From the IMG/VR virus record IMGVR_UViG_3300038463_000730, positions 310,001 through 374,000 of that record: DNA of 64,000 nucleotides. One strand, given 5' to 3'. The number at the start of each line of letters is the position of its first letter. Position 1 is the stretch's first letter. The position numbers were made by a program, and so were the translations under genes. This document shows positions 9,695 through 19,493 of the stretch, piece by piece. The notes beneath the pieces were generated by a model. That model saw only the letters and a program-made list of their open reading frames with translations. It did not search any database and had not been told where the DNA came from.

Positions 9695-10026
9695 ACCATG
9701 ATCTCAAACTTGCTAGCACTGATAATTCGTATACTGTAACAGTTTCCGTGCTTATGAAACGTCCACTCGCCCCTAATATATCCCATCTTTATTGTTTGGG
9801 ACTTGACCATTCGAAAGAAGTCCCCGCGTGACATTGGATACTTTCTCTTTGTAGAGACAGAAGTGAAGATGACGTAATCTTGTTTCGCCTGGGTACAACG
9901 CAACGTGTCTTCGAACTTAAAGTTCTCTTTGAACGAGTACCCTGTTGCTGAAGTACGTGCTCGTCTCGGAACACTGCCCGAAAGATCGAACGGAATCATT
10001 ACAATTGGTTTAGTCTTTTTCGTCAA
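9691..10026 (-). CDS. hypothetical protein, tandem paralog 1
   Basis: MIPFDLSGSVPRRA...KENFKFEDTLR...GYIRGEWTF...IISASKFEIM. Confidence 0.75.
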   Translation of the reverse strand: MTKKTKPIVMIPFDLSGSVPRRARTSATGYSFKENFKFEDTLRCTQAKQDYVIFTSVSTKRKYPMSRGDFFRMVKSQTIKMGYIRGEWTFHKHGNCYSIRIISASKFEIMV

Positions 10027-10028
10027 CT

Positions 10029-10397
10029 CTATTCCATAACTTCGAGTTTACTCGCGCTGATGATCTTGATCCCGTAACAATTAGCCCGCTTCACGAATGT
10101 CCACGTGCCTCGAATGTAGCCCATGTTCATCTTTTGTTTCAAAAGAAGGGCGTCGAAGTTTAACATCGACATCGGGTACCGAGCTTTAGTAGTCCTGGAG
10201 ATGAACTCGACATAACACGAGCCACGTGTTATCTGGTAACTGTTGTACCGAAGGGTATCCTCGAATTTGAAGTTTTCCTTCATCGTATAGCCATGAGGCG
10301 GATTGCCTTGGTAACTATACGCTCGTCTCGGAACATTTCCAGAGGCATCGAACGGAATCATAAGAGGAGGCTTCGGCGCAGCAGGTTTTCTCGGCAT
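10029..10397 (-). CDS. hypothetical protein, tandem paralog 2
   Basis: MIPFDASGNVPRRA...KENFKFEDTLR...GYIRGTWTF...IISASKLEVME; start moved to ATG 10397. Confidence 0.75.
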   Translation of the reverse strand: MPRKPAAPKPPLMIPFDASGNVPRRAYSYQGNPPHGYTMKENFKFEDTLRYNSYQITRGSCYVEFISRTTKARYPMSMLNFDALLLKQKMNMGYIRGTWTFVKRANCYGIKIISASKLEVME

Positions 10398-10432
10398 ATT
10401 AACCGAATCGTTCGCCCGTTCCGATCTCGACT

Positions 10433-10720
10433 CTAGAGGAACGCCTTGAATTTGCCGCACATTATCATGGGTCGGTGCTCGGCCTGGTAGACGTCCCAAG
10501 TAGATAGATTGATTGACTTTTGATCAATAAAGCAGGAAACGAAATTGAAATTGATCGTCAAACGCATCGGCATTTTGCAACGGGCGCATTCAACTTCCCA
10601 TGTATGATAGATCTCCGGCGCTGCCGATGGATCTGGATACCGATGACCAAACTTTTTCCGAGCCATCGCAATGGCTTCGTAGATTGGAATTTCTTTCATT
10701 TCATCAAGAGCGTGTTTCAT
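10433..10720 (-). CDS. hypothetical protein (CxxC)
   Basis: Start moved to ATG 10720; CARC; ends KFKAFL. Confidence 0.55.
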   Translation of the reverse strand: MKHALDEMKEIPIYEAIAMARKKFGHRYPDPSAAPEIYHTWEVECARCKMPMRLTINFNFVSCFIDQKSINLSTWDVYQAEHRPMIMCGKFKAFL

Positions 10721-10944
10721 GCTCGACCCGGTCCCGTATGGAGCATCCGACAGCCGTAAGCAAATGTCGCCATGCAGATGAGAAGACCGAGCGCATTGGT
10801 TAAGCCAATCGATATCAATATCATTATGAAGCAATACAGTGGACCGAATGTCAGAGCGGCTATTATCGCGAGATAACCTCCGACCAGCATAGCCTCGGAC
10901 AAATCTGACAAACGCTTAAAACGAAACGACACCTTGAGAGGCAT
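10717..10944 (-). CDS. small membrane protein
   Basis: Two hydrophobic helices. Confidence 0.55.
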   Translation of the reverse strand: MPLKVSFRFKRLSDLSEAMLVGGYLAIIAALTFGPLYCFIMILISIGLTNALGLLICMATFAYGCRMLHTGPGRA

Positions 10945-10986
10945 CTACCTCCCAAAGTGTCGTTGAACCGGAACTCGACTAGAGGA

Positions 10987-12492
10987 CTATCGGGCGCCCG
11001 TCGAGAATTCCAGGATGTACTTAATCCGGTGCTGTTGCGACGGACCGGTCGCGTTGTAGACGATCAATTCGTCGTTGAGCAAAGCCTGACCCATCTTCGC
11101 CCAAACCGAATGGTCTCCTTTTAGATCACCCTTCCGAATGAACGTGGCATTGTGAACGATGCGCTGATTCCCGAACGCACAATCGGCGAGGAACAAAAAC
11201 GCCTTGTCTGCCTGCCCAGCTGCCCAATACGAGCCCCGGACGTCAGTGTAATTGATGCTCTTCGTCGAGTGCGCGGCCCAGTAGATACCGTCACCGAACA
11301 TCGAACCAGCATGCGGAACTCCAGAAGGCCGGATCAATAGTCCCTTCGTCGTGATCCCGACCATGTTGGCTCGCCGCGTTCCGTGCCAAACCGGGATGAC
11401 GTTGGCTCGCTCGTACGCCTTCTGCAATTCCTTCGGAACGTCGGGACGTTCCGGAACATGTCGCTTGAGAATGTCGGGAAGCTGTTGCTTGCCGCATTCC
11501 TTGGCAATCTGCTCGACGTTCGCCAAGAAGTGAGCTTCTTCCTTCTTTCGATTCACCGTGAACGCTCGGTGAAGCTGAAGTTTACCAAGTCCCGAGTGAT
11601 TCCCAGCGCGCGTCTCCAGGAGCATGCGCTGGAGCCATTTGTACGTCAGGGTGGTAGGATCGATGTACTCCAGGTCCGCGTTCAATGTCTCGTACTGAGC
11701 ATCGACCGGAGACTTCGTTGACATGACCTTCTCGGCATTCTTCGCATCTGCAAAGATGTCGAGAATGTCGAACCCCTTGTCGATCTTCGCATCATCATCG
11801 AACCGAAGTAGATCCGCATCGAGGCGCCCATACCCAAAGTTATGCGGGATGTTCGCGTAGTACTTCGACGTGATCCGATTCAACTCGCTCTCGTCGGGCT
11901 TGGATTGGTGAACAATCTTCCGGGCTTCATCGAGAAGGTCACGACCCTTGGCAAGCTGCGCAACGGAGAGCTGCCCGAGCGGACACTTCTTGGTATCGAG
12001 ATTGAGTTCGATGAACTGCGCCGTGGCTCCGAACCATGTTCCGACGAGAGACCGGACTTCTGCGTGAAGCTTGCTCGGTTCACCCTTGGTTTCGACGGTG
12101 TAACCGTTCTTCTTGAGCTGCTCTTCGGTCACGAGCTGTTTCGTAACGATGGCCTTGCCTACTTCGCTTCCCAGGTCGGACTTGACCAGCTCGACCTCTT
12201 CGTAACCCTTCTTCGTCTTCTCTTTGATGATTTGGGCAATCACGGCGTTCGCGTGTGCCTCATTATCGCAGGGACGATACTCTCGGGCCGGATTGTGAGC
12301 ACCGACGCGCCCATACTGGGTATACACACGAACTTTCTTCCCACCCGATGCGGACTGAAGCTCGATGTTGTAATACTTGTTATTGTTTTCGACGATGTCG
12401 GTGAAATTCAGGGTTTTCCTGACCGTAACATCGAAGCTAGCCGGAAACGAGGGTTCGGTACCGGCTTTGCATACTTTGACTTTGTCAACCAT
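10987..12492 (-). CDS. poly(ADP-ribose) polymerase, PARP1-like (WGR + regulatory HD + catalytic ART)
   Basis: WGR-like YTQYGRVG; HD motif PLGQLSVAQL...YYANIPHNFG; catalytic WHGT...GSMFGDGIYWA...KSINY and NDELIVY giving an intact H-Y-E triad. Confidence 0.92.
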   Translation of the reverse strand: MVDKVKVCKAGTEPSFPASFDVTVRKTLNFTDIVENNNKYYNIELQSASGGKKVRVYTQYGRVGAHNPAREYRPCDNEAHANAVIAQIIKEKTKKGYEEVELVKSDLGSEVGKAIVTKQLVTEEQLKKNGYTVETKGEPSKLHAEVRSLVGTWFGATAQFIELNLDTKKCPLGQLSVAQLAKGRDLLDEARKIVHQSKPDESELNRITSKYYANIPHNFGYGRLDADLLRFDDDAKIDKGFDILDIFADAKNAEKVMSTKSPVDAQYETLNADLEYIDPTTLTYKWLQRMLLETRAGNHSGLGKLQLHRAFTVNRKKEEAHFLANVEQIAKECGKQQLPDILKRHVPERPDVPKELQKAYERANVIPVWHGTRRANMVGITTKGLLIRPSGVPHAGSMFGDGIYWAAHSTKSINYTDVRGSYWAAGQADKAFLFLADCAFGNQRIVHNATFIRKGDLKGDHSVWAKMGQALLNDELIVYNATGPSQQHRIKYILEFSTGAR

Positions 12493-12517
12493 GATTCACT
12501 CCTCGGCGTAGGAGTAT

Positions 12518-12546
12518 AGCTTACACATCTATAGCTGAGATGTCAA
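12518..12546 (-). promoter_or_regulatory. sigma70-type promoter for PARP gene
   Basis: TTGACA-17 bp-TAAGCT, followed by a GAGGAG RBS. Confidence 0.7.
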
Positions 12547-13028
12547 GCGCTTTTATTCAGAAAACTAAGTGTCTCCCAACACGTGCCAAGAAGGTTATCA
12601 GATGTCGGAACCTTGTTCTTTTGGCAGCAATACTGCATATACCAGACATGCTCAGCATCGCCCGGAGCACCGAAGATCATTCGCCCAGAGTATAGATACA
12701 TTCCGAACTCTATGTTCGTAGTCAACCCTGGCATGTTCTGCATGTTCCGAGGAACCCAGAACATTACTGCGTCACATTCCTGTAGGTAGGCTTGTTCCCA
12801 ATCAATCTGACAATTGCGATGTTTCCAGATTCCATTCTGAGGTTCTGGAACGATCAGTGTTCCGTCGAACCCAATCGACTCGAAGATTTGGATTGCTTCC
12901 GGTCTCCAACTTTTTACTTCGGCTGACCGTGGAGTCGGTCCGGCCAAGAAAATATGCCGATCTGAAGTCAGATCATCTGAGTCTTCAGGTATCTTCGAAT
13001 CTTTGTCTGAGTAGATTACTTTAATCAT
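12543..13028 (-). CDS. nucleoside 2-deoxyribosyltransferase-like protein
   Basis: IFLAGPTPR...SWR...QIDWE...CDAVMFW...TTNIEFG motif pattern. Confidence 0.75.
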   Translation of the reverse strand: MIKVIYSDKDSKIPEDSDDLTSDRHIFLAGPTPRSAEVKSWRPEAIQIFESIGFDGTLIVPEPQNGIWKHRNCQIDWEQAYLQECDAVMFWVPRNMQNMPGLTTNIEFGMYLYSGRMIFGAPGDAEHVWYMQYCCQKNKVPTSDNLLGTCWETLSFLNKSA

Positions 13029-13294
13029 GGTTTATCGAACTTAAAGCGAAAGTAAATAGAAGTCTGATCATCACCCCAACCCAACGGTCCTGGTAAACCG
13101 GATCCAGGAGCACCACATACCATTTCGTTACGACTGAATCGGTAACAACAGAAGTTAGCGCAACATTGAAACCGGACAGAAGGATCACACCGTGATATCG
13201 GTACAAATACGTTCTGGCTCATGACCACTGCTTTGTATTGACTCGGTGAACAAGTCAGACAAAACAGGGCGAAGAAAATAGCAATCCATCTCAC
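13025..13294 (-). CDS. small Cys-rich secreted protein
   Basis: Signal-like N-terminus, multiple Cys. Confidence 0.5.
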   Translation of the reverse strand: MRWIAIFFALFCLTCSPSQYKAVVMSQNVFVPISRCDPSVRFQCCANFCCYRFSRNEMVCGAPGSGLPGPLGWGDDQTSIYFRFKFDKP

Positions 13295-13324
13295 ATAGAA
13301 ATGTGAGAATATTGCTTAACCAGT

Positions 13325-14470
13325 TTACTTCGTAACGAGCTTCAGATACTTCTTGAAATCATCGTCTAGTTCGAACTTAGTACCGTACGGTATCATCAAT
13401 GCTAGCTTACAGTCACCACTAAGCTGTGACATGGTATCATGGTCTTGTTCCGATATCTCCGCGCCAGTCGGATCTTCGTATTTGTAGTATCCGCGTCCGC
13501 CGCTCTTACGGGCCAAGGATGAAACCAACTGAGCCTTCTTCTTCGAAGCCATCGATGTGATAATCTTCGGTGGGATTATATCCGTTGTGCCGAGCTTCTT
13601 GATTAAGGTATGTGTCGTTGACACATCGCAATAGTATCCGTTCTTGATACCTTCCTTGATGTTCGTCTCAAAGTCTTTCGAACCGAAGCCTCCCCAAGTA
13701 TCTAGCCACAGCATTGCTTTCGGTATAGGTTTGTAGCTGAACGTATCTACAAAACCATAGCTGCCATAGCTATGACCTCTAGGGTCTTTCGTCTTGGAGG
13801 TATGAGTAAAGGTAGCCGTGCTGACCCAACCGCAGAATACTTTCTGCTTACCAGTCTTCCCCTCGAAGACATCTCCAACCTGAAATGTCGAAGCATCAAG
13901 CTTCTTGGAATTGTTCGCGGCTACAGCCGCCAACAAACCCTTGTGCAATTCCGAACCAACCCGAATGAGTTTCATCTGCGAGCCAACTCGTCCGAAGATG
14001 AACTTACCATTCAGAATGCCACCCGGGCTAATACCCTCTTTGATCATGGCATCGAGCATAACGTCTTCCCGCATGTCGAAGTAATACTTCTCAGCGGTCT
14101 TGACCTTGTAAGCCCGACCACCATTGCCACGGTGTTCGAGAGCAACTACCTGGATACCGGTCATGGGCTCATTCTTTCGAGCATCCTGAACAACCGGGTC
14201 AGACTTCTTCAGGTACTTCTTAGTCTCCGGGTCATACCATTGCCGATGTTGCTCGGCCCACTGAATGGCAGTCTTTAGTGTCTTCTTGTTCCCAGATTCG
14301 ATTGGGAACGCCGGGATGATCATCTCCCGTCTCTCATCAATCTTGACGGTTTCACCGTCGTCATCAACTTCATCTTGATCGAGACTTTCGCCCTCCCATT
14401 GCCGGTAGACGGGCTGCTCGACGCTAGATACGATTGTGATCTCTTCGGGTATTGTTCCAATAACTCTCAT
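13325..14470 (-). CDS. hypothetical protein (381 aa)
   Basis: Long ORF with protein-like composition; family not recognised. Confidence 0.75.
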   Translation of the reverse strand: MRVIGTIPEEITIVSSVEQPVYRQWEGESLDQDEVDDDGETVKIDERREMIIPAFPIESGNKKTLKTAIQWAEQHRQWYDPETKKYLKKSDPVVQDARKNEPMTGIQVVALEHRGNGGRAYKVKTAEKYYFDMREDVMLDAMIKEGISPGGILNGKFIFGRVGSQMKLIRVGSELHKGLLAAVAANNSKKLDASTFQVGDVFEGKTGKQKVFCGWVSTATFTHTSKTKDPRGHSYGSYGFVDTFSYKPIPKAMLWLDTWGGFGSKDFETNIKEGIKNGYYCDVSTTHTLIKKLGTTDIIPPKIITSMASKKKAQLVSSLARKSGGRGYYKYEDPTGAEISEQDHDTMSQLSGDCKLALMIPYGTKFELDDDFKKYLKLVTK

Positions 14471-14513
14471 AACGAGAGCTGATGTTCAGCGCCGAACGAC
14501 TCGACAAACGAAC

Positions 14514-15110
14514 CTACTTGAGGTTCATCAGTCGATCGATTTTTTGGATCAAATCGTCCCGAGTAGTAAACTGGAGGACGTTCGGTTTCGGATGAATCTT
14601 GCCGGAATGATCCGTATCCGAAATATCGGTACGCATCGTTACCCAATCGAGATGGACCCGGTACAATCTATTCTTCTCTTTGAAGCGAATATCCTCGCCG
14701 GTTAAAAGAAGTTCCCTGTACTTCATGGAGTACAGGTTGTACTGGTAACTATACTCTATGGCATGGTAGTGCCGTATGTTTTGGCAAACAACATGTTCGT
14801 TACGAACGACCCAGTGTTCTTTCTCCCGGCCACGAATACGAAGACCATTGTTCACCAAGCTCAGTGTCATATTGAGCTTCGATTCCACCGGAACGACCAT
14901 ACTGATTTTGCGAAGACGGTTACCAACCCGAGGCTGATCAACTCCCAAGGCGGGTGTTCCGAACACCGCGCCTTTCTTCTTTTTCGGTTCGATGTTGGCT
15001 TTTTTATCCCACTCAAAATCACCCTTGTTGCCCTTGGAGAACTTCTTCTCACAATAAATGCAACAGCCATCCCGACTATTGAGCATCGCTCCTAACGTTG
15101 TGAACTGCAT
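14514..15110 (-). CDS. hypothetical protein (CxxC; shared C-terminal motif)
   Basis: CCIYC; ends KIDRLMNLK. Confidence 0.7.
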   Translation of the reverse strand: MQFTTLGAMLNSRDGCCIYCEKKFSKGNKGDFEWDKKANIEPKKKKGAVFGTPALGVDQPRVGNRLRKISMVVPVESKLNMTLSLVNNGLRIRGREKEHWVVRNEHVVCQNIRHYHAIEYSYQYNLYSMKYRELLLTGEDIRFKEKNRLYRVHLDWVTMRTDISDTDHSGKIHPKPNVLQFTTRDDLIQKIDRLMNLK

Positions 15111-15137
15111 GACGACTCCCCATGTACGCCGTTACCG

Positions 15138-17015
15138 TTACCCAGCCATCTTCACGAAAGCATCTTCCGAAATGAGCTTCACATTGAACTTACGAGCCGC
15201 TTGCGCCTTCGAGCTGGTGCTGGCCGGGTCGTCGATTACAAGGTAGTCCAGAGACTTCCCTACGCTCTTCAACTGCCCACCCTTCGACTCGACCAACGTT
15301 TCCAACTCGGCGCGCTTACGCTTCATCGCTCCGGTGAAGCAGAAGGTTTTACCGGTCAGTGTCCCGAAGATCTTTGCCTTGATCTTTACGCCGTTCTTCT
15401 GGAGATCCTGGATCAATCCGGCGTTGCTTACCAGCCCGTCAAACAACGAACTAGCCTTCTCCGGCCCGAACCCTGGAACGTTCTTCAACTCGTTCTCCGT
15501 GATCTTCATGATCTTGGGGAGAGAGTCGTACCCCGCATCCATGACCATTCTGATCATACTCGCGCCAATCATCGGAATGTTTAGACCACCAAGGAAGTTA
15601 TCGAGCGTGACCTCGCTGTTGGCCCACAATGAGTCGTAAAGGTTCTGCGCCGATTTCTCGCCCATGCGGTCCAGCGCAGCCAACTCCTTCACAGTGAGCG
15701 TATATAGGTCAGCAATCGTCTTGACCTTCTTTGTCTCGTAGAGCTTCTCGACAACCGAGGTTCCCCATTCGAGAATATTGTGCTGAGCAATCCACGAATA
15801 AATGCGCCCCTTGACTTGGGCCGGGCAACCAACGACGTTTGTGCAGATGAGGAAGTCACCTTCGAACTTCGTATCACCCTTGCACTCCGGGCACTTCCTT
15901 GGATACTTCCTGATCGAACCGGTTGTCGTGATGCACTCGTAGACGCGAGGAATAACATCGTTCGAACGCCCGACCAGGATCTCGGCGCCAATGTCGATCG
16001 CAAGCTGACGAACGTACTTGTAATTGTAAAGGCTAGCCCGAGTTACCTTCGCACCAGTCAACGTGACTTCATCGAAGATGCACACCGGAGTAATGTTACC
16101 CGTGTTCCCTACTGAGTCCTCAACATCCCGACAGAACGTCCGGGCCTTCTCGGACTCGAACTTGTACGCCGTGGCACCGTGCGGCTTCAGGTCTTTGTCG
16201 CCCATAGCGATCTGTTCATGCATGTTGTTGACACGCACGACCAATCCATCGATGTCGTAGTCCAACCCGTCACGAGTACTGGCTTGGTAACGGTTCCAAA
16301 TCTTGTTGATCTCTTCGACCGTATCGACGACGCCCCAATTCGGAACCTGCGCGCCGATCTTCTCCAACCACTCAAACTGGTCTTTCTCTGTTTTGAAATC
16401 GACCGTTCCGAGAGACTGGTAGAGAAGGATATCGATATGCTCGACGTCTTTCCCATCGAGCCGCTTCGCCACACCACCAGCGCCGTTCCGAAGGTTCGAC
16501 ATGTCCTTGAAGTGCTTCGCATGGTTCGATCGGAACATGATGATCTCACCACGCAAGCTTCCGGTGAAGGTAGCCGGAACCTTCGTCGGGAGACCATGCA
16601 TCTTGCGCACGTTGACCGTGATATCCTCACCGGTCTTCCCGTCGCCTCTCGTGATACCTTGTACGAGCTTGCCCTTGTCGTAGATCATCTCGATCGAGAT
16701 GCCATCGAGCTTCTCTGTCCAGAAGAGCTTACCCTTGGCTGAGGATGGAAGATTCTTGACCCACTGAGTCATCTCGTCCGGCGTCTGAACCTTCTCCAAG
16801 CTCCCCATCGGGATCTCGTGTCGAGCCTTCTTCCAAGCGGAGTTGACCGGGGCACCGGTCATCGTAAGGGAGGGATGGTTCGGATCCTCGGCTCGCATCT
16901 CAGCGCAAAGCGTGTCGAATGCTGCATCCGACATGATCGGCTTGCTTGTGTTGTAGTACGCAAGCCGTGCCGCAATGATCCGATCGCCCAGCTTCTTGAT
17001 GTCTACCTTGTTCAT
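15138..17015 (-). CDS. ligA: NAD-dependent DNA ligase
   Basis: AYYN...MSDAAFD domain Ia; EKLDG adenylation motif; TRGDG, LRGEI, DGLVVRVN, AYKF; C4 zinc finger; HhH repeats; C-terminal BRCT. Confidence 0.96.
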   Translation of the reverse strand: MNKVDIKKLGDRIIAARLAYYNTSKPIMSDAAFDTLCAEMRAEDPNHPSLTMTGAPVNSAWKKARHEIPMGSLEKVQTPDEMTQWVKNLPSSAKGKLFWTEKLDGISIEMIYDKGKLVQGITRGDGKTGEDITVNVRKMHGLPTKVPATFTGSLRGEIIMFRSNHAKHFKDMSNLRNGAGGVAKRLDGKDVEHIDILLYQSLGTVDFKTEKDQFEWLEKIGAQVPNWGVVDTVEEINKIWNRYQASTRDGLDYDIDGLVVRVNNMHEQIAMGDKDLKPHGATAYKFESEKARTFCRDVEDSVGNTGNITPVCIFDEVTLTGAKVTRASLYNYKYVRQLAIDIGAEILVGRSNDVIPRVYECITTTGSIRKYPRKCPECKGDTKFEGDFLICTNVVGCPAQVKGRIYSWIAQHNILEWGTSVVEKLYETKKVKTIADLYTLTVKELAALDRMGEKSAQNLYDSLWANSEVTLDNFLGGLNIPMIGASMIRMVMDAGYDSLPKIMKITENELKNVPGFGPEKASSLFDGLVSNAGLIQDLQKNGVKIKAKIFGTLTGKTFCFTGAMKRKRAELETLVESKGGQLKSVGKSLDYLVIDDPASTSSKAQAARKFNVKLISEDAFVKMAG

Positions 17016-17066
17016 AGTTCCTTACCTTAGCTCCGGTGCCCCACTTAGTCAACGTACCGTTTCGTA

Positions 17067-17990
17067 TTACTGTTTCGGGCCTTCACATAGTAGCCGGTCA
17101 AGCTTGCAAAGATTGTCATACTCCTCGACAACCTTCTTATACTCCTCCGGGATACCGTCGAGACCGAAGTAGATTCCAGCCAACCCGCCCGCCATTGCAG
17201 CGATCGTATCGGCATCGCCGCCACCCTTCACGGCGTTGACGACTATGTTTCGGTATCCATAGTGGCGGCTGACGCAATAGAATGCCGCCGCGACACTTTC
17301 GACAACATATCCAGACGTACCGATTACTTCCATTGCAATGGTCGGAGCAATGTCTTTCTCGGCCAACCTGCTCGCAACCAGGAGATGTTGTTTGGTAGCT
17401 GAGTCGGGAAGATGTTCGACGACCTTCTTAATCAGATCCTTCGGCGTTGCTTCGGACCGAGCAAGCAATGCTGCCCCGACAGCAACCGCTACGCCGCCCA
17501 GAATGCACTCCTCGACTTGGTGTGTAATCGATGCATCGATTCGGATGTTGGCCTTGACCTGATCCAAGTCCCGACGAAAGTAGACTCCCATCGGGCAAGC
17601 TCGCATTGCCGTACCGTTTCCTCCAACCGGGATGCCAGTCGGGCCAAGGTGAACGCCGCTCTTATCGAACGGGACGCCTCTCTCCAGACTTTGCATGGCG
17701 GTTCGGGTTGTCCCACCCATTCCGCGGGCGCCGGTCTGGTACCATTCGAGGTAAGCCCGAGCCATGTCGGGACCATCGAACCCGTTCGAGCGAAGCAAAC
17801 TCTTGGTCATTGCCAAGCTCATTTGCGTATCGTCGGTGAACTGACCCGGTTCGAGCTTGTGATATGTCCCTTGAAGGAAATTCCCATCCCAATCTTTGAA
17901 CATCGGGTTCTGAGGAGCTTTCATTTCGAAAGGCATTCCCAAACTGTCACCGATTGCTGTTCCGACCAAACACGCACATTCGTTATTCAT
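17067..17990 (-). CDS. ADP-ribosylglycohydrolase (DraG/ARH family)
   Basis: GTAIGDSLG, FTDDTQM, GNGTAMR, GGDADTIAAMAG motifs. Confidence 0.92.
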   Translation of the reverse strand: MNNECACLVGTAIGDSLGMPFEMKAPQNPMFKDWDGNFLQGTYHKLEPGQFTDDTQMSLAMTKSLLRSNGFDGPDMARAYLEWYQTGARGMGGTTRTAMQSLERGVPFDKSGVHLGPTGIPVGGNGTAMRACPMGVYFRRDLDQVKANIRIDASITHQVEECILGGVAVAVGAALLARSEATPKDLIKKVVEHLPDSATKQHLLVASRLAEKDIAPTIAMEVIGTSGYVVESVAAAFYCVSRHYGYRNIVVNAVKGGGDADTIAAMAGGLAGIYFGLDGIPEEYKKVVEEYDNLCKLDRLLCEGPKQ

Positions 17991-18066
17991 CTGATCTCCT
18001 TAAAGTAAATCGCGCACCCTAAAGCTGCGGGATGCGCGATGAACGGCTATCGACACTTATTCAGTG

Positions 18067-18408
18067 TCACGAATCCAACTGTTTCCTCCCGAACGTTCGT
18101 TCCCAACTGTCGAGGTAGGCCCGACTGTTGACGAGTGCCGGTTTCCCACCGGACAAGTCGATCTTGCTTGCCTCCGTCACGATTGAAATCGGTGAGTTGG
18201 CAATGTGCTCGGCATGCATGAGCATCGCATGGCTCGGAAGCTTCGCCAAAGTCTCCATCGACACAGGAGTCATGACTCCATCGTGTGCTCTGCCTTCTGA
18301 ATCCACCACCTTGCAAAGGTGTTCTTTTTCGCTGATACGTGGTCCGTGGATGATCAATTCCGGCTCCGGAATTTTGGGTCGTTCGGTCATGGCGACCTCC
18401 TTGACCAA
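18067..18408 (-). CDS. hypothetical protein
   Basis: 113 aa with GGAGG RBS. Confidence 0.6.
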   Translation of the reverse strand: MVKEVAMTERPKIPEPELIIHGPRISEKEHLCKVVDSEGRAHDGVMTPVSMETLAKLPSHAMLMHAEHIANSPISIVTEASKIDLSGGKPALVNSRAYLDSWERTFGRKQLDS

Positions 18409-18446
18409 AAGATATGCGACTTTCTTTCAAAGGTCAAGAGCGAAAT

Positions 18447-19007
18447 TCACGTTACAGATCCAGCACTTACGTTGCCTTGATCGATCGGATCCTCAACCTC
18501 AAGTAGTTCTCTTTCCAAGTCTGGCGTGATTACTTTTTTGAATCCCTGCAAATTCGCCAAAGTCTTGACGCCGCAGAGTGTGGCGCTCTTCGCCATTTTT
18601 TCCGAGGCCAAAAGATACTCCGAACGTTCCAAAAGTTCATTCCAAGCCTGGACCAAATTCATCAGCGCTTCAATCGGAGCGACAACGTTCGGACGACGTT
18701 GAAAACGCCATTTCCAGCGGTGGCGTGAATCTCCAACTGATTTGATGAAATGAGGCCGAATCAAAAGTTTGTTCGCGCTCAAACGCTGTTCGATTGAACC
18801 GATCGAGTTCCAAGCTTTTTGCCTTTCGGCAAAAGTCTGAAAGCAATAGATTATACTCTCTACCTCAAAGTCCCAGAAGTCAATCTGAGCTAGGAAAATC
18901 AATTTCTTTTCGTCACCGCTGATATTCTTCTGGCCTTTCGCGAAGAAATTCAAAGCTTGGGTTAGACTTGCGGCCCGCTCGATCAAGTATACAGACGCTC
19001 GTTCCAT
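18447..19007 (-). CDS. hypothetical protein
   Basis: 186 aa ORF in operon orientation. Confidence 0.65.
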   Translation of the reverse strand: MERASVYLIERAASLTQALNFFAKGQKNISGDEKKLIFLAQIDFWDFEVESIIYCFQTFAERQKAWNSIGSIEQRLSANKLLIRPHFIKSVGDSRHRWKWRFQRRPNVVAPIEALMNLVQAWNELLERSEYLLASEKMAKSATLCGVKTLANLQGFKKVITPDLERELLEVEDPIDQGNVSAGSVT

Positions 19008-19041
19008 AATATGGAATGCGTTCTAGATTCAAGAACTCGAC

Positions 19042-19470
19042 TTACCGTTTCGCAGCTTGTTTAGCCATCGTCTCAAAGATATCGATAGCAGCGCTGAGTT
19101 TCCGGCTGTAGTAGTATTCGCTCATCGCTTTTTTGCATTCATCACAGCGACAACGATATTTCTTGTACATCCAAATCGTTCCATGTTCAGGTTTTGGAAC
19201 GCCCCAATCCCAGCTTTCTTTCGTTTTCTTGAGGTGACACTCAGGGCAAAGAAGCTGGCATTTCTTCACCTCGTTGAGAAGAACATCTTCTTTTGTATCA
19301 ATCGAGTGTGCAATGTCCAGCTCTTTCTCGTGCTTGTTGATATGATCGAACTGCAAATCTTTCGTCGAGCCACACTCGACGCACTTGCCGCCTAGCAACG
19401 CAACATATTTGGCCCGGCGTTCCTCACGTCGTTTCCTGCGAGCTACTGGGTCGAATGCTTCCTTCTCCAT
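19042..19470 (-). CDS. HNH endonuclease
   Basis: CVEC...LQFDHIN...KKCQLLCPECHLKKT. Confidence 0.8.
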   Translation of the reverse strand: MEKEAFDPVARRKRREERRAKYVALLGGKCVECGSTKDLQFDHINKHEKELDIAHSIDTKEDVLLNEVKKCQLLCPECHLKKTKESWDWGVPKPEHGTIWMYKKYRCRCDECKKAMSEYYYSRKLSAAIDIFETMAKQAAKR

Positions 19471-19493
19471 ACCCAGATGCGAGAAAAACCATA

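Noticed and set aside
11842-12519. Long antisense ORFs opposite real genes (also 2616..3134+, 3615..4328+, 17412..18008+, 27137..27751+) and the alternate-frame 35110..35772+
   Set aside because: Shadow frames produced by high GC3 codon bias in the real genes; no motifs or RBS
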